DNA from: an uncultured delta proteobacterium
GTDB lineage: Bacteria; Myxococcota_A; Polyangia; Polyangiales; Polyangiaceae
Direction of reading: 5' to 3'
NCBI GenBank assembly: GCA_963763745.1
Contig: CAVXQJ010000001.1
Coordinates: 66,431 to 130,430, forward strand
DNA: 64,000 nt
Position 1 is the stretch's first letter. Every line of letters starts with the position of its first letter. Both the position numbers and the translations under genes were made by a program. The notes beneath the pieces are model-generated. The model saw nothing but the letters and a program-made list of their open reading frames with translations, searched no databases and was not told the DNA's origin. Of this stretch, positions 13,556-23,661 are shown one piece after another.

Positions 13556-16500
13556 CTACGACCACATCTTCCAGAGATTCTCCGGCAACGGCTGCTCGAG
13601 CTCGAAGCGAACGCGCATCGGTTCTTCGCCCTCGTGGCTTCGATACTTCACCGTCCCGAGGTACGTGAAGTCCTGATGCGAGTCGTATTGCACGAAGAGA
13701 TGAACTGTTCGTCGCTCCGTCGCATGGCCGACGATCCGGCGGCCCTTGAGGGACTTGAGTTTTGTGGATGCTTGGGACTCCCATTGCAGCTCGGTTCGCG
13801 ACAGGAATCGATCGGCATATCGATGCTCCACTTTCTTTTGGTCGCCCTTACGAAGCGTGACCATCAAAATGGTGTGTGGTGCTCCCATCACGTCGATGTC
13901 GCGGTGACCAACACGCCACGATGGATCGTTCTTGCTGCCAAACGCCTTTGCGATCGCATCGCGGTCGTACTCGCCCCACAGCACGAGACCACGCACCCGC
14001 TCGACGACTTCGATCACTCTCGCGACTGGTTCGAGACGTGCGGTTAGTGGGAGCTTCTGTGGCGCGACATTCGGGTTCCAGCTCTCGAGCGCCCAACCGT
14101 CATGCGTTCGCCGCGGCACCTTCATCACGGCGAAGGTCGTGTCGGCCTCGTCGTGACCGACGAGCAGAAACGGTTTGCCTTCGACGGTCTCTGGCGCGAC
14201 GCCATGCGCCCACTCGCAAAGCACGAGGCTCCCATCGACGATCGGCGTGTTGCCGCCATTCATAGAGTCGCCGCTCGCCGTTACGACGAAGTGTCTCTTC
14301 GGATCCAAAGTGACTGTTGCTTGGACGCCGATCTGCTCTGGCGGAGCTTCGTTTTGCTGGACCGGATCGAACGTGCCGCAAGCCGCTTTGACGTCCGGAT
14401 AGAACGGCAACTGCGGAAACGGAATCACGTCCGCTGCGTGCGTTGTCACGGGCTCAGACAACGGCGCCAAGTGCCATCCATCTTCGGTCTTCGTCAGCTG
14501 AACGTAGTGTCGAATCCCAGGCTGACCGGTGCTCGGTCCGAGCAATCGACGGAGCAAATCGGGAAGCGCATTTCCCGGTGTGGTCTCGCGCGTCGCGACG
14601 TTGACCGCGATCTTCTGGAACGAGAAGGTGTAGGGCTCGCCGTTCACATCGACGAGCGTGTCCCCCACCGGAATGTCCGAGCGGCGTGTTCGATCGAAAC
14701 GCAAGATCGGTCGGTGACTCGCATGCGACACAGCTAGGACGATCGGCGCCTGGCTCGCATCGATGGTCGACTTCCTCAACAAGCGATCACGGTGTTGTTT
14801 GAGCCGAAGCTCAACGAGCTCCGCCGTCATCGCTTCGAAGATCGCCTCGTCTTCTGCGGCGACCATGAACGTCGGAGCGAACCGATCACCATCGATCCTA
14901 AACCACTTCGTCGACGTCGACTCGCCGCGTGCCCACACCATGAGCGGCATGTCGCGCCAACTTCTGACGAACGCGGTGTCCATCTTTCTACGGTCTTCGT
15001 CTTCGCGCATCTCTCGAGCGAACAAGAGATCCGCTGTCACAGCATCGAACGCGTGTCTCGCGTTCTCTGCGATCTCCATGCCCGTGAAGAGCGCGCCGAC
15101 GTCGATGAGCGCTTGCAACGCGAGCATCTTGTACGCCTTGCTCATCGACGTTCGAAGCAGATCGCCGAACCATGCAGGGTGCCGCTCGAGCGCACGTTGT
15201 TCGTCCCCGCTCAGATCACCTTGCGCCTTCACGAAGTGAAACCACGACTCGTAGGCGTCCTTGATGTGCGCGAAGGTGACACCCGCCGCGAACAATTCGG
15301 CCGCGCTCGGTCGACGCCCGTTCGCGTCGCGAAAGCTCACATACTCGTAGACGAGGATGTCGGAAGGGCGAGCGCGGACCATCGCTTGAAGCAGATTGAT
15401 CGCCGCGAGCTCGATGTCGATCGAGCAGCCGTCGGGAAGACTGAGCGCGTGATCGCGGATCTTGTCGAGAGCGACCTGCGCCGGAAGATCTTGTCCGAGC
15501 AGAAAGAGTAGCGACTGGGGCTTCGTCAGAAAGCTCCGATGATTGCCGATGAAGTCGACGACGACGAGCGCGGTCTTCCCATCGGCGAGTCGGAGACCAC
15601 GCCCCAGTTGCTGAAGGAAGATCACGGGTGACTCGGTTGGCCGCAGCATGAGCACGTTGTTCACTTGGGGGACGTCGAGGCCCTCGTTGAAGACGTCTAC
15701 TGCGCACACAATCTCGAGCGCGCCGCTCGCGAGATCGCGCAGGCACGTCGCGCGAGGCGCCGACGTTGGTTCGCTGTGTACGGCTTGCGCGGTCTTTCCG
15801 TGCCGACGAAAGAACGCAGCCATGTAGTCCGCATGCTCGACCGTGCAGCAAAAGCACAGCGTGCGCCTCGTACCTGCGCCCGCGTGCTTCTCGTATTCGG
15901 CGAGCGCGAGCGCCGCACGCTCTTCCGTTGCAACCGCGGTCGTGAGCGCCGTCGCGTCGAACTTCCCGAACGCCACGGGATGGGTTCGAAGTCGACGCTG
16001 TCCTTAACACCGAAGTAGTGAAATGGGACGAGGAGCCGTTGGCTAATGCCGTGAACCAAATCACGCCGATAGACGAGGTTGTCTCCGCATAAGTCTAGAA
16101 GTGAACGCCCATCCATGCGCTCCGGAGTCGCAGTGAGCGCGAGGAGGAAGCGCGGTCGAAAGTGTGCGAGCAGTTTTCGATACGTCGATGCGGCGGCGTG
16201 ATGAAACTCGTCGATGACGACGTAGTCGAAGCGCTCGGGCGCGAACTGCGAGAGGTGACTCGCGCGCGACAGTGTCTGCACGGATGCGAACAGCAGATCG
16301 ACATCGCGATCGTGGAGGCCACCTTGATACGTACCGACGACCTTGTCGGGAAAAACCTTCTGCCAATTGTCCTTGGCCTGACCCAAGATCTCTTCGCGGT
16401 GCGCGATGAAGAGAACGCGTTCGCTTCCCATCGCCTTCGCGTCGAACGCTGCAAGCAGCGTCTTGCCGACGCCGGTAGCGAGCACGACGAGACCTTTGGT

Positions 16501-17541
16501 GTGCCCGTCGCGTCGCGTCTTCTTCAACGCGTCGAGCGCCTCGAGCTGGATCGCGTTCGGGGTGGGCGCAGGCACGCGTGGCTCGGGCGTCGGCGGGAGC
16601 GGGATTGGAGCGCGCGCTTCATACGCATCGACGAGCGCGCGCGTCAGCGGCTTCGTTCGAGGACTCGCGAGCAGCGCCTCGAAGCGACGCGCGATTGCAT
16701 CGAAGGTTGCCGCGTCATCAGAGGAGATGAGTCGAAGATTCCACTCGACGGCTTCTTGCAACGCCGAACGACTGAGGTTGCTGCTGCCGACATAAGCGAC
16801 GCCGTACTCTCCGCGGAAAAAAATGTAGCTCTTCGGATGAAACGACGTGCCGTTCTCCGTCTCGTAGAAGAACGGCGAGAAATTCGGATGCTCGTCCGCG
16901 AGACGGAGGAGTTTGCGTAACGCGTCGGCGCTCGAGATGCCGAGGTAGTCACCAGCTAGTAAACGAACGCGGGTGCCGCGGCGGAGCGCATCGTCGAGAT
17001 CATGAAACACGAGGTCGACGCCCGAATTCATCAAGAACGCGGAGACCATGTCGGCGCGTTCGGCTATCTGCAAAGCGTTGCGCAGTGCGTGCTCGAAATG
17101 GCGATCGTCGCCATGCACGAACGACGGCAGCGAGGCGAACGAGTCTCCTTTCGCGGGCGTGAGCGACAAATATTTCTGCTTGCTCGGAATGACGCCGCGC
17201 ACGCCGCCGCGAGGATCGTCCATGTCACCGCGAAAGCGTGGGATGACGTGCACGTGCAGGTGCATGACGGTTTGGCCGGCTGCTTCACCAGCGTTGAAGC
17301 CAACGTTGTAGCCATGCGGAGAGAGCTCCTTGTCGAGCGCCCGCTTGACGTCGTCGACGAGGGCGAAGATCGCGCTGCGTTCAGCGAGCGTGGCTTCGAA
17401 CCACGTGGCGATAAGACGCTTCGGGATCACGAGCGTGTGGCCTGCGCTGACGGGAAAGCGATCGCGCAAAGCGAACGCGAGTTTGTTGAAGCCGACCCAC
17501 TCGCTCGGCGGGACGAGAAGAAACGGTGATGACTTCGTCAT
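13556..17541 (-). CDS. Giant multidomain protein (~1330 aa): HIT domain, PLD-family (HKD) nuclease, SF2 ResIII-type helicase, S24/LexA-like peptidase fold, C-terminal uncharacterized domain; one frameshift near 15975
   Basis: - HIT: HLHVHVIPR histidine triad.
- PLD: FHPKSYIFF...GSSNLS HKD motif.
- Helicase: VLATGVGKT (motif I), DEFHH (II), LTATP (III), FHYFG; after the frame change Helicase_C motifs FNEGLDVPQV and QQLGRGLR.
- S24-like: VVTASGDSMNGG...IVDGSLVL...VMKV. C-terminal ~180 aa unassigned.
- Lower-GC codon usage than neighbours. Confidence 0.8.
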
Positions 17542-17694
17542 CGGGAGCCATCACGGGCGCGAGCGGTCATGAAAGCGTGAGGATACCCAGTCATGTAGAT
17601 GACGAACGTCTCGTCTTCGGGTCGGAGAAAACTCCCATGTTGGGGAAACCGATCAAAGCTCTAGAAATCGCGAAAATAAACGGTGTTGTTTGGG

Positions 17695-17735
17695 GTGCGA
17701 CAGAGGATTCGAACCTCTGAGGGCGATCCTGCCCG
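17695..17735 (-). other. Partial tRNA 3' end (T-arm plus acceptor-like tail, CCA encoded) in inverted orientation relative to tRNA-Arg; likely island boundary remnant
   Basis: Minus strand reads TCAGAGGTTCGAATCCTCTGTCGCACCCCA. The 21 nt TCAGAGGTTCGAATCCTCTGT are identical to 12799-12819 of tRNA-Arg. No matching 5' acceptor/D/anticodon arms upstream, so not a complete tRNA. Confidence 0.55.
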
Positions 17736-17739
17736 CGTG

Positions 17740-18102
17740 TCAGCGGCAACTCCCGGTGGTGGCGCCGCCGTCATCGCTCACGAGCGTGCAGGTCGTCGGG
17801 CAGCCGCCGCAGTCCGCGCGAGAATCCGAGCACTCGTACGCGCCGACATTCGGCGCGGCGCAGAACGCTGGAACGCAGCTCGTGATTGCGCAGGTCCAAT
17901 CGCTCCACCCTCCATCGGCACCGCACGCGCGTGTTCGTCGACCGCACGATTCGATCGGTCCTGCGCACTCGACAGCGCCGGCCTCGCACGGCTCGCTGCC
18001 GAGCGCAGCATCGCGAGCATCGCCGGCGTCGGCATCCGGCGAAGCCACCTCGCCACCGCATGCCGTCGCCAACACGAACATTCCCACGAGTGATCGTTGC
18101 AT
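17740..18102 (-). CDS. Small secreted cysteine-rich protein (120 aa, 11 Cys), hypothetical
   Basis: N-terminal signal-like MQRSLVGMFVLATACGG, then Cys-rich acidic sequence (CEAGAVECAGPIESCG...CSDSRADCGGCPTTC). A second Cys-rich ORF fragment lies at 18263..18466 on the same strand. Low certainty because of GC-driven open frames. Confidence 0.3.
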   Translation of the reverse strand: MQRSLVGMFVLATACGGEVASPDADAGDARDAALGSEPCEAGAVECAGPIESCGRRTRACGADGGWSDWTCAITSCVPAFCAAPNVGAYECSDSRADCGGCPTTCTLVSDDGGATTGSCR

Positions 18103-18510
18103 TGTGCACCCTCTCTCTGATCACCTCGCAATTGCACGGGGTATGCCGTGTCGAGATTCGCGTCGTTCGCTCAGAGCGATGCGCCGGCACGTGAATCGCG
18201 TTGCACGCGTGTGTTTCGACGTGCTCATCGCGAACCTGCCGCAAGCGGTGGCGCTGAAACGGTCAGGGGCACACTTGGCAGGCCACGTGTCCAGATGCGA
18301 TCAACACACAGCTTGCGTCGCGACCACAAAGCGCGCGACACGTTTCGGGCAGTCCCGACATGCCGCTCGCGTACGGCGGACCGCCCTCGAATCGGCAGCC
18401 CGGATTGTCCTGCATGTCGAAGAGGGCGCCGTAGGAGGTGCATGCGGTGCCAGCGTCCTCGATCACCGCAGCAGTGCACGCGTCGTTACAGCCGAGGAGC
18501 GCGGCGAGAC

Positions 18511-18626
18511 CCGTACCACGGCGATTCCGAAATGGGCTATCGCGTGAACCTCGGCTGCGTCATCGGACTCGACGTGCTCGCGCTCGAGATTGGAGTCATC
18601 GACGGACGCTCGATGCCAGTCGCCGA
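18511..18626 (+). repeat. 116-nt direct repeat, copy 1 (115/116 identical to 41292..41407); overlaps the 3' end of Kelch paralog 1
   Basis: cgtaccacggcgattccgaaatgggctatcgcgtgaacctcggctgcgtcatcggactcgacgtgctcgcgctcgagattggagtcatcgacggacgctcgatgccagtc[g/a]ccgac occurs twice in the same orientation. Contains internal inverted repeats (CATCGAcggacgcTCGATG; CTCGAcgtgctcgcgcTCGAG). Confidence 0.85.
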
Positions 18627-21013
18627 CGGCACGGACGTCTTCTAGCGCCGAGCAACATCAAGGTCACCAAGGTCCATGCGCCACCATCGGAACGACTGCC
18701 CGTAGCCATCGAGCACCCCGAGCTGTTGTTCGCCAGCGTGCGACAGATGCCAGTCGAGTCGCATACCGCCGGCGAAACACAATCACTCACGGAAGCGCAT
18801 TTGTCTTTGCAAGCTCCGTTCGTGTCGCATTTGAACGGCGTGCAATCTTGTGAAGCGCCTGCATCGTTCGACGCCGTGTACTCATTGATGCACCCGCCGC
18901 CAACGACACACGCGCCGTTTTCACACACGTATCCAGAGGCACAGTCGACGTTCAACGTGCATGTGGTCTTGCACGCTGTCGGCCCAGCACACGCAAAGTG
19001 ATTTGGACATCCCGTCGCGACTCCGGTCGCGCAGTGGCCCTGTCCGTCGCAGGTATTGCTGCTCTCGGTTGCGTTCGAGCACGAGCTTCCACATGGCGTG
19101 CCGGATGTCGTGTATGTGCATTGCAATGGATCATTTTGCGCGCACGACCCGCCGCACGTCGTTCCGCTACCTGCGCAGGGAGCGCGCACTCCATGAGGCA
19201 CGCCCGTGATCGGCGTGCACGTACCCATCGATGTGGTTACGTCACACGCCTCGCATTGCCCGGTGCATTGGGTGTTGCAGCACACGCCATCGACGCAAAA
19301 CGAGCCGTTGGTGCACTCCGCATCGCTGCCACACTGACCGCCTTGAGTCTGGTCACTGAAGATCAGCGCGGTCGTCAATGACTGATAGATGTATTGTGAG
19401 AGTTGCGTCGAGCCACCCGCGACGAGGACATTGCCCGTTGCAAGCGATGTCGCGGTTTGCTGGCTCGCATTGGCCGGAAGTGGCGACATCGTGCTGAACG
19501 TTCCAGCAGCCGGGTCGTACAACTCGGTCGTGATGAGATAGCCGTTCGCGATCGTGTAGCCGCCGCTGACGATCACTTTCCCGGACGAAAGCAATCCCGC
19601 GACCGCCTGGGAACGCGCGCTCGTCATCGAGCCGGTTGGCGCAAACGTACCCAAGCTTGGGTCGTAAAGCTCGGCGGTCGTGTCCGACGTGCCACCGGCG
19701 ATAAGCACTTTACCCGATTGGAGCCGTGTTGCGGTGTGCATCGAGCGGCCCTCTGACATCGCACCGCTCGTTGCGAACGTACCGAGTGATGGGTCGTAGA
19801 CCTCGCTCACCGCAGAAGAAGAACCACCCGCGACCAGCACCTTGCCGTTTGCGAGAAGCGTTGCAGTTTGACCCAAGCGAGCAACGTTGGCCGACCCGGT
19901 CGCTGCGAACGTGCCTTGATTGGGATCGTAGAGCTCCGCCGTCGTGCTGTTGTTCGTTCCCCCAACGATGAGGACCTTGCCGGTGCTGAGCGTCATCGCA
20001 CTCGGTTGATAACGTCCTACGACAAGGTCTCCCGTTGATGTAAACGTGCCGGCGACGGGATCAAAAAGGAGAGCGGTCGTCACTCCACCGACGACAAGCA
20101 CTTTGCCCGAGGGAAGGAGTGCGGCCGCAACTGCTGTACGATTGTCGGGCATCGAACCCGTCGTGGCGAAGGTTCCGCTCACGGGATCGTAAATTTCAGC
20201 GGTGGCATTTCCGCCGGAAACGACGACGACGCGACCGTTTTGAAGAAGAGCAGCGGCATGTCCGTAACGCGCAAACGTCATTCCACCGGTAGCGCTCCAC
20301 AGAGGGTCGAGCACTGCTGGATAGCGGACCGAGCTCCACGTGAGATGAAGTTGACACGTTGACGACGCCGGTGGCGTTGGAGCGCGATCCCACGGCGGCG
20401 TCGCTGACTCGTCGAAGGCACAACCCGTCAAAGACGCTCGCGCAGTCGTCTTCGCGCCATCAGCACTCAGCACGAAAGGGGCCGCAACGCGGAGTCGCGG
20501 CGCTCCGTGCGCATCCAAAAGCTCGAGCGTGTTCGAAACGAGCCGGAGCCCGGAGACCCGCGAGACGTCGATGTCATAGACGACCTCCTCGCGCTCTGGC
20601 TTGGACTCGAACAACACATCGTCCTCGGTGCCGTCTGGCCGAGCGTGGTGAACCACGTCAGCACCGTGCAGTGCTCGGCGATAGATCACGACGTCATGGA
20701 AAACCTGCGCAGTGGAATCGGACGCGTCGTGCAGCGCAAATTCGATTGCGACGTTCGATGTCGCGTCCTCGACCAGCGCGTTCGAGCGCGCGTCGTGTGG
20801 CAGTGCGACGATTGTTTGGGGGACGCCGCGCGATTCGTCCGCGGTAATCCGCAAGCGCTCTCCATCATCGACGAAGCCCAACGACGATGTCGCGCTCCAA
20901 CCCAACCTCGCGCGAAGAGCGGAGACATTCGTGACGCCGCCGTCGACGTCAATCGATGCGTCATGACCGCATGCGAAGAGCGCGACGACGACAAGAACGG
21001 CGTTACGCGACAT
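18596..21013 (-). CDS. Secreted Kelch-repeat beta-propeller protein with C-terminal Cys-rich module and MYXO-CTERM sorting tag (paralog 1 of 7)
   Basis: - Start MSRNAVLVVVALFACG (signal).
- Conserved N-domain (GTEDDVLF...PRLRVAAPFV...YPAVLDPLWS).
- ~8 repeats of GKVLVxGG...AELYDPxxGTFxxTGSM (Kelch-like).
- Cys-rich block CVDGVCCNTQCTGQCEACDV...DCTPFKCD.
- C-terminal GCSMATGSRSDGGAWTLVTLMLLGARRR (Gly-Cys, TM, Arg tail). Confidence 0.75.
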   Translation of the reverse strand: MSRNAVLVVVALFACGHDASIDVDGGVTNVSALRARLGWSATSSLGFVDDGERLRITADESRGVPQTIVALPHDARSNALVEDATSNVAIEFALHDASDSTAQVFHDVVIYRRALHGADVVHHARPDGTEDDVLFESKPEREEVVYDIDVSRVSGLRLVSNTLELLDAHGAPRLRVAAPFVLSADGAKTTARASLTGCAFDESATPPWDRAPTPPASSTCQLHLTWSSVRYPAVLDPLWSATGGMTFARYGHAAALLQNGRVVVVSGGNATAEIYDPVSGTFATTGSMPDNRTAVAAALLPSGKVLVVGGVTTALLFDPVAGTFTSTGDLVVGRYQPSAMTLSTGKVLIVGGTNNSTTAELYDPNQGTFAATGSANVARLGQTATLLANGKVLVAGGSSSAVSEVYDPSLGTFATSGAMSEGRSMHTATRLQSGKVLIAGGTSDTTAELYDPSLGTFAPTGSMTSARSQAVAGLLSSGKVIVSGGYTIANGYLITTELYDPAAGTFSTMSPLPANASQQTATSLATGNVLVAGGSTQLSQYIYQSLTTALIFSDQTQGGQCGSDAECTNGSFCVDGVCCNTQCTGQCEACDVTTSMGTCTPITGVPHGVRAPCAGSGTTCGGSCAQNDPLQCTYTTSGTPCGSSCSNATESSNTCDGQGHCATGVATGCPNHFACAGPTACKTTCTLNVDCASGYVCENGACVVGGGCINEYTASNDAGASQDCTPFKCDTNGACKDKCASVSDCVSPAVCDSTGICRTLANNSSGCSMATGSRSDGGAWTLVTLMLLGARRRPCRRRLASSVRR

Positions 21014-23549
21014 CGGCACGCACTCGTTTCCTGCGGAGACCGATGACGAGGCCGAGAACAGCGAGACCGATCGCGGCGTCCGGCGGACCGTCGGATGCTG
21101 CACACCCACCGCCGTCTCCATTCGTGGGCGGCACGCAATTCCCTGCGGTGTTGCAGATGTTCGGCGAGACGCAATCGTTAACCGACTGACACGTTGTCTT
21201 GCAAGCGCCCGAACCTTGGTCGCACTCGTAGGGCGTACAATCTTGTGCGGGCCCGGTCGGACCCTGCGAGGTGTGATCGCCCGAGCAAACTGCGCTCGTG
21301 CTTGGTGTGCAAGCGCCACCCGAGCAGGTGAAGCCTACAACGCAGTCGGTCTTTGCGACGCAAGTCGTCTTGCACGTGTTTGCGTCTGCGCACGTCAAGC
21401 TGCCAGTGCATTGATGCGGCGGAGCGACGATACAAGCCCCTTGCCCGTCGCACAGGCTATCCGTTTCGGTGGCGTTGGCGCACGTGCTTCCGCAAAGCGT
21501 CGTCGCGGGTGGATAGGTGCAGGCCGTCATGCTCAGCGTCGTGCATGAAAGGCCACAAACACCGCCAGCGTCCGCGCCGCAGCTCGGACGCGTGCCATGT
21601 GGCGCTCCTTGAACTTGGGTGCAGGTACCAAGTGATCCTTGCACGTCGCACGCTTCACATTGTCCCGTGCAGGTCGATTTGCAACATACGCCATCCACGC
21701 ACGCGAGCCCCGTGGCGCAATCGTTCGTTACATTACATACGTCGCCGGCACCGGATATCGCGAGGATCTCCGCGGCAGCATAGCCGCCCGAAAACTGATA
21801 CGTGTACGATGCGCCTCCCGTGACGAGTATTCTTCCAGGCGCAAATAGCGTTGCGGTGTGCCCACCGCGACCGAGGTTCATGGACACCGTTGCGCCGAAG
21901 GTGTTGTTCGACGCGTTGTAGATCTCCGCGCTTGCGACCGAGTTGGCGTCGACCGCGGCGACTCCACCCGTCACGACGACGTCTCCCGAGGCCAGCAGCG
22001 TGGCCCCTGCAAATCCGCGAGCAAGCGCCATGGGGTTCGTTGCGGAGAACGTGGCGTTCACGGGATCGTAGAGCTCCGCGCTCGTGAGGTCGGCACCGAC
22101 GGTCTGCGTCGATCCGCCGGCGACGAGTACCTTGCCGTTCGACAGCACGACACCGATGTGATCGCCCCGGGCGGTCGCGAGCGATCCCGTTGGTGCGAAG
22201 CTCGTCGTGTAGAGCTCCGCGCTCGTGAGCGCGCTGCCTCCGGAGAATCCACCGGCGATCAGCAAACCCGTAGTGACGATTGATGCCGTGTGATCGGAGC
22301 GCGCGGTTCCGAGCGAGCCTGCGTTCGAGAACGTCCCGGCCGTTGGATCGTAGAGCTCGCAACTGGTGAGTTGCCCGCCGCCATTTTTGGCTCCGCCGAC
22401 GACGAGCACTTTGTTGGACGCGAGCATCGTCGCGGTATGTCGTGAGCGCGCCGTTGCTAACGAGCCAGTCGATGAAAATGTGCCGCTGTTGGGATCGTAC
22501 GTGTCCGCGCTTGCGCTCAGGGTTCCACCGCCGTTGTCACCACCCACGACGAGCACTTTCCCCGTCGCAAGAAGCGTCGCTGTATGGGCTATACGCGGTG
22601 TCGTCATCGATCCCGTTGCTGCAAACGTTGTCGTCTGCGGATCAAAGAGCTCCGCATTCGCGAGCCCATCACCTCCCGCGATGAGCACCTTTCCGGACGC
22701 GAGCAATGTCGCCGTGTGCAACATGCGCGGAGTCGTCAATGAATTCGTCGTGGTCCACTGTGGGTCGAGCAACGCCGGATATTGCACGTCGTGCCACGTC
22801 ACGTGAATTTCGCAGACGCCCGCTCCAGGCTCGGTGACCGGGCGGCCCCATGGAGGCAGCGGATTGTCGTCGTATGCGCATCCAGCAACGTGCGTCGAGG
22901 CCGACGTCACGACACCATGCTCGTCTACGAGTCTTGGTGGCGACATCCGCAAACGCGGTGTGCCGCTCGCATCGACGAGCTCGAGGACGTTACCGACGAG
23001 CCTCACTCCGCGAACGTGTGAAACGTCTAGGTGATAGACGACCTCTTCGCGCTCGGGCGCAAAGTCGAAAGCGATGAAGTCTTCGACGCCCTCAGCGTGC
23101 ACGCGTTCGACGAGATCAAAACCCGCAAACGCGGAAGGGTAGATCGCAATCCCGCCCGCAACTGCGATTGGCGTCGGCGCGGTGTGGTCGAGCGTGAGCT
23201 CGACTTGGATCTTCGACAGTGGGTCTTGTAAGCGCACGGCGCCATTCGCCCGGAGCGGCAGCTGCACTGCGCCTGCGTGCGGCGAGCTTCGTTCAGCGGG
23301 AATGATCGGGATCGCCGTCGAACCGAGCTCGAAGCGCGTCGCGACGCTTTGGCCGAGAATCGGAGTGCGCTCGAAGTTTGCACCGTGAGTTGCGTATGCG
23401 AAGCGCTGGCGGATCTCGCCGATTCGCACGGCCGCTTCCGCGGGCTTCGCAGGGGTATTCGAAACACCAGACGAGACCTCGCTGCAACCCCAAGGCCCCG
23501 CGATGAATGCGGCGGCGATCGCGTAACAAGCACACCGAACTACGTTCAC
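21003..23549 (-). CDS. Secreted Kelch-repeat / Cys-rich / MYXO-CTERM protein (paralog 2)
   Basis: Probable GTG start (VNVVRCACYAIAAAFIAGPWGCS signal). Same N-domain (GVEDFIAFDFAPEREEVVYHLDVSHVRGVRLVGNVLELVDASGTPRLRMSPPRLVD). Kelch-like repeats (GKVLVVGG...ELYDPxxGTF). Cys-rich block CVDGVCCKSTCTGQCEACDV. C-terminal GGCAASDGPPDAAIGLAVLGLVIGLRRKR. Confidence 0.75.
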   Translation of the reverse strand: MNVVRCACYAIAAAFIAGPWGCSEVSSGVSNTPAKPAEAAVRIGEIRQRFAYATHGANFERTPILGQSVATRFELGSTAIPIIPAERSSPHAGAVQLPLRANGAVRLQDPLSKIQVELTLDHTAPTPIAVAGGIAIYPSAFAGFDLVERVHAEGVEDFIAFDFAPEREEVVYHLDVSHVRGVRLVGNVLELVDASGTPRLRMSPPRLVDEHGVVTSASTHVAGCAYDDNPLPPWGRPVTEPGAGVCEIHVTWHDVQYPALLDPQWTTTNSLTTPRMLHTATLLASGKVLIAGGDGLANAELFDPQTTTFAATGSMTTPRIAHTATLLATGKVLVVGGDNGGGTLSASADTYDPNSGTFSSTGSLATARSRHTATMLASNKVLVVGGAKNGGGQLTSCELYDPTAGTFSNAGSLGTARSDHTASIVTTGLLIAGGFSGGSALTSAELYTTSFAPTGSLATARGDHIGVVLSNGKVLVAGGSTQTVGADLTSAELYDPVNATFSATNPMALARGFAGATLLASGDVVVTGGVAAVDANSVASAEIYNASNNTFGATVSMNLGRGGHTATLFAPGRILVTGGASYTYQFSGGYAAAEILAISGAGDVCNVTNDCATGLACVDGVCCKSTCTGQCEACDVQGSLGTCTQVQGAPHGTRPSCGADAGGVCGLSCTTLSMTACTYPPATTLCGSTCANATETDSLCDGQGACIVAPPHQCTGSLTCADANTCKTTCVAKTDCVVGFTCSGGACTPSTSAVCSGDHTSQGPTGPAQDCTPYECDQGSGACKTTCQSVNDCVSPNICNTAGNCVPPTNGDGGGCAASDGPPDAAIGLAVLGLVIGLRRKRVRADVA

Positions 23550-23661
23550 CAACCCCTCCGTTTCCGTTCGATTCCATCTTGGGAGGTCGATCGACGCAAG
23601 GAAAAAGGTGCCTCGTCCGCCGCCTATTGCCGCCGCCAAGCACCGCTGGCAGAGTAGCGTG

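Noticed and set aside
17695-17735. Complete second tRNA gene on the minus strand
   Set aside because: Only T-arm, acceptor 3' strand and CCA are present. No complementary 5' acceptor strand, D-arm or anticodon arm could be found upstream.
17690-18547. 285-aa plus-strand ORF across the tRNA fragment and Cys-rich gene region
   Set aside because: No start context, Pro/Ser/Ala-rich low-complexity, and it spans the inverted tRNA fragment. The minus-strand Cys-rich ORF is more plausible.
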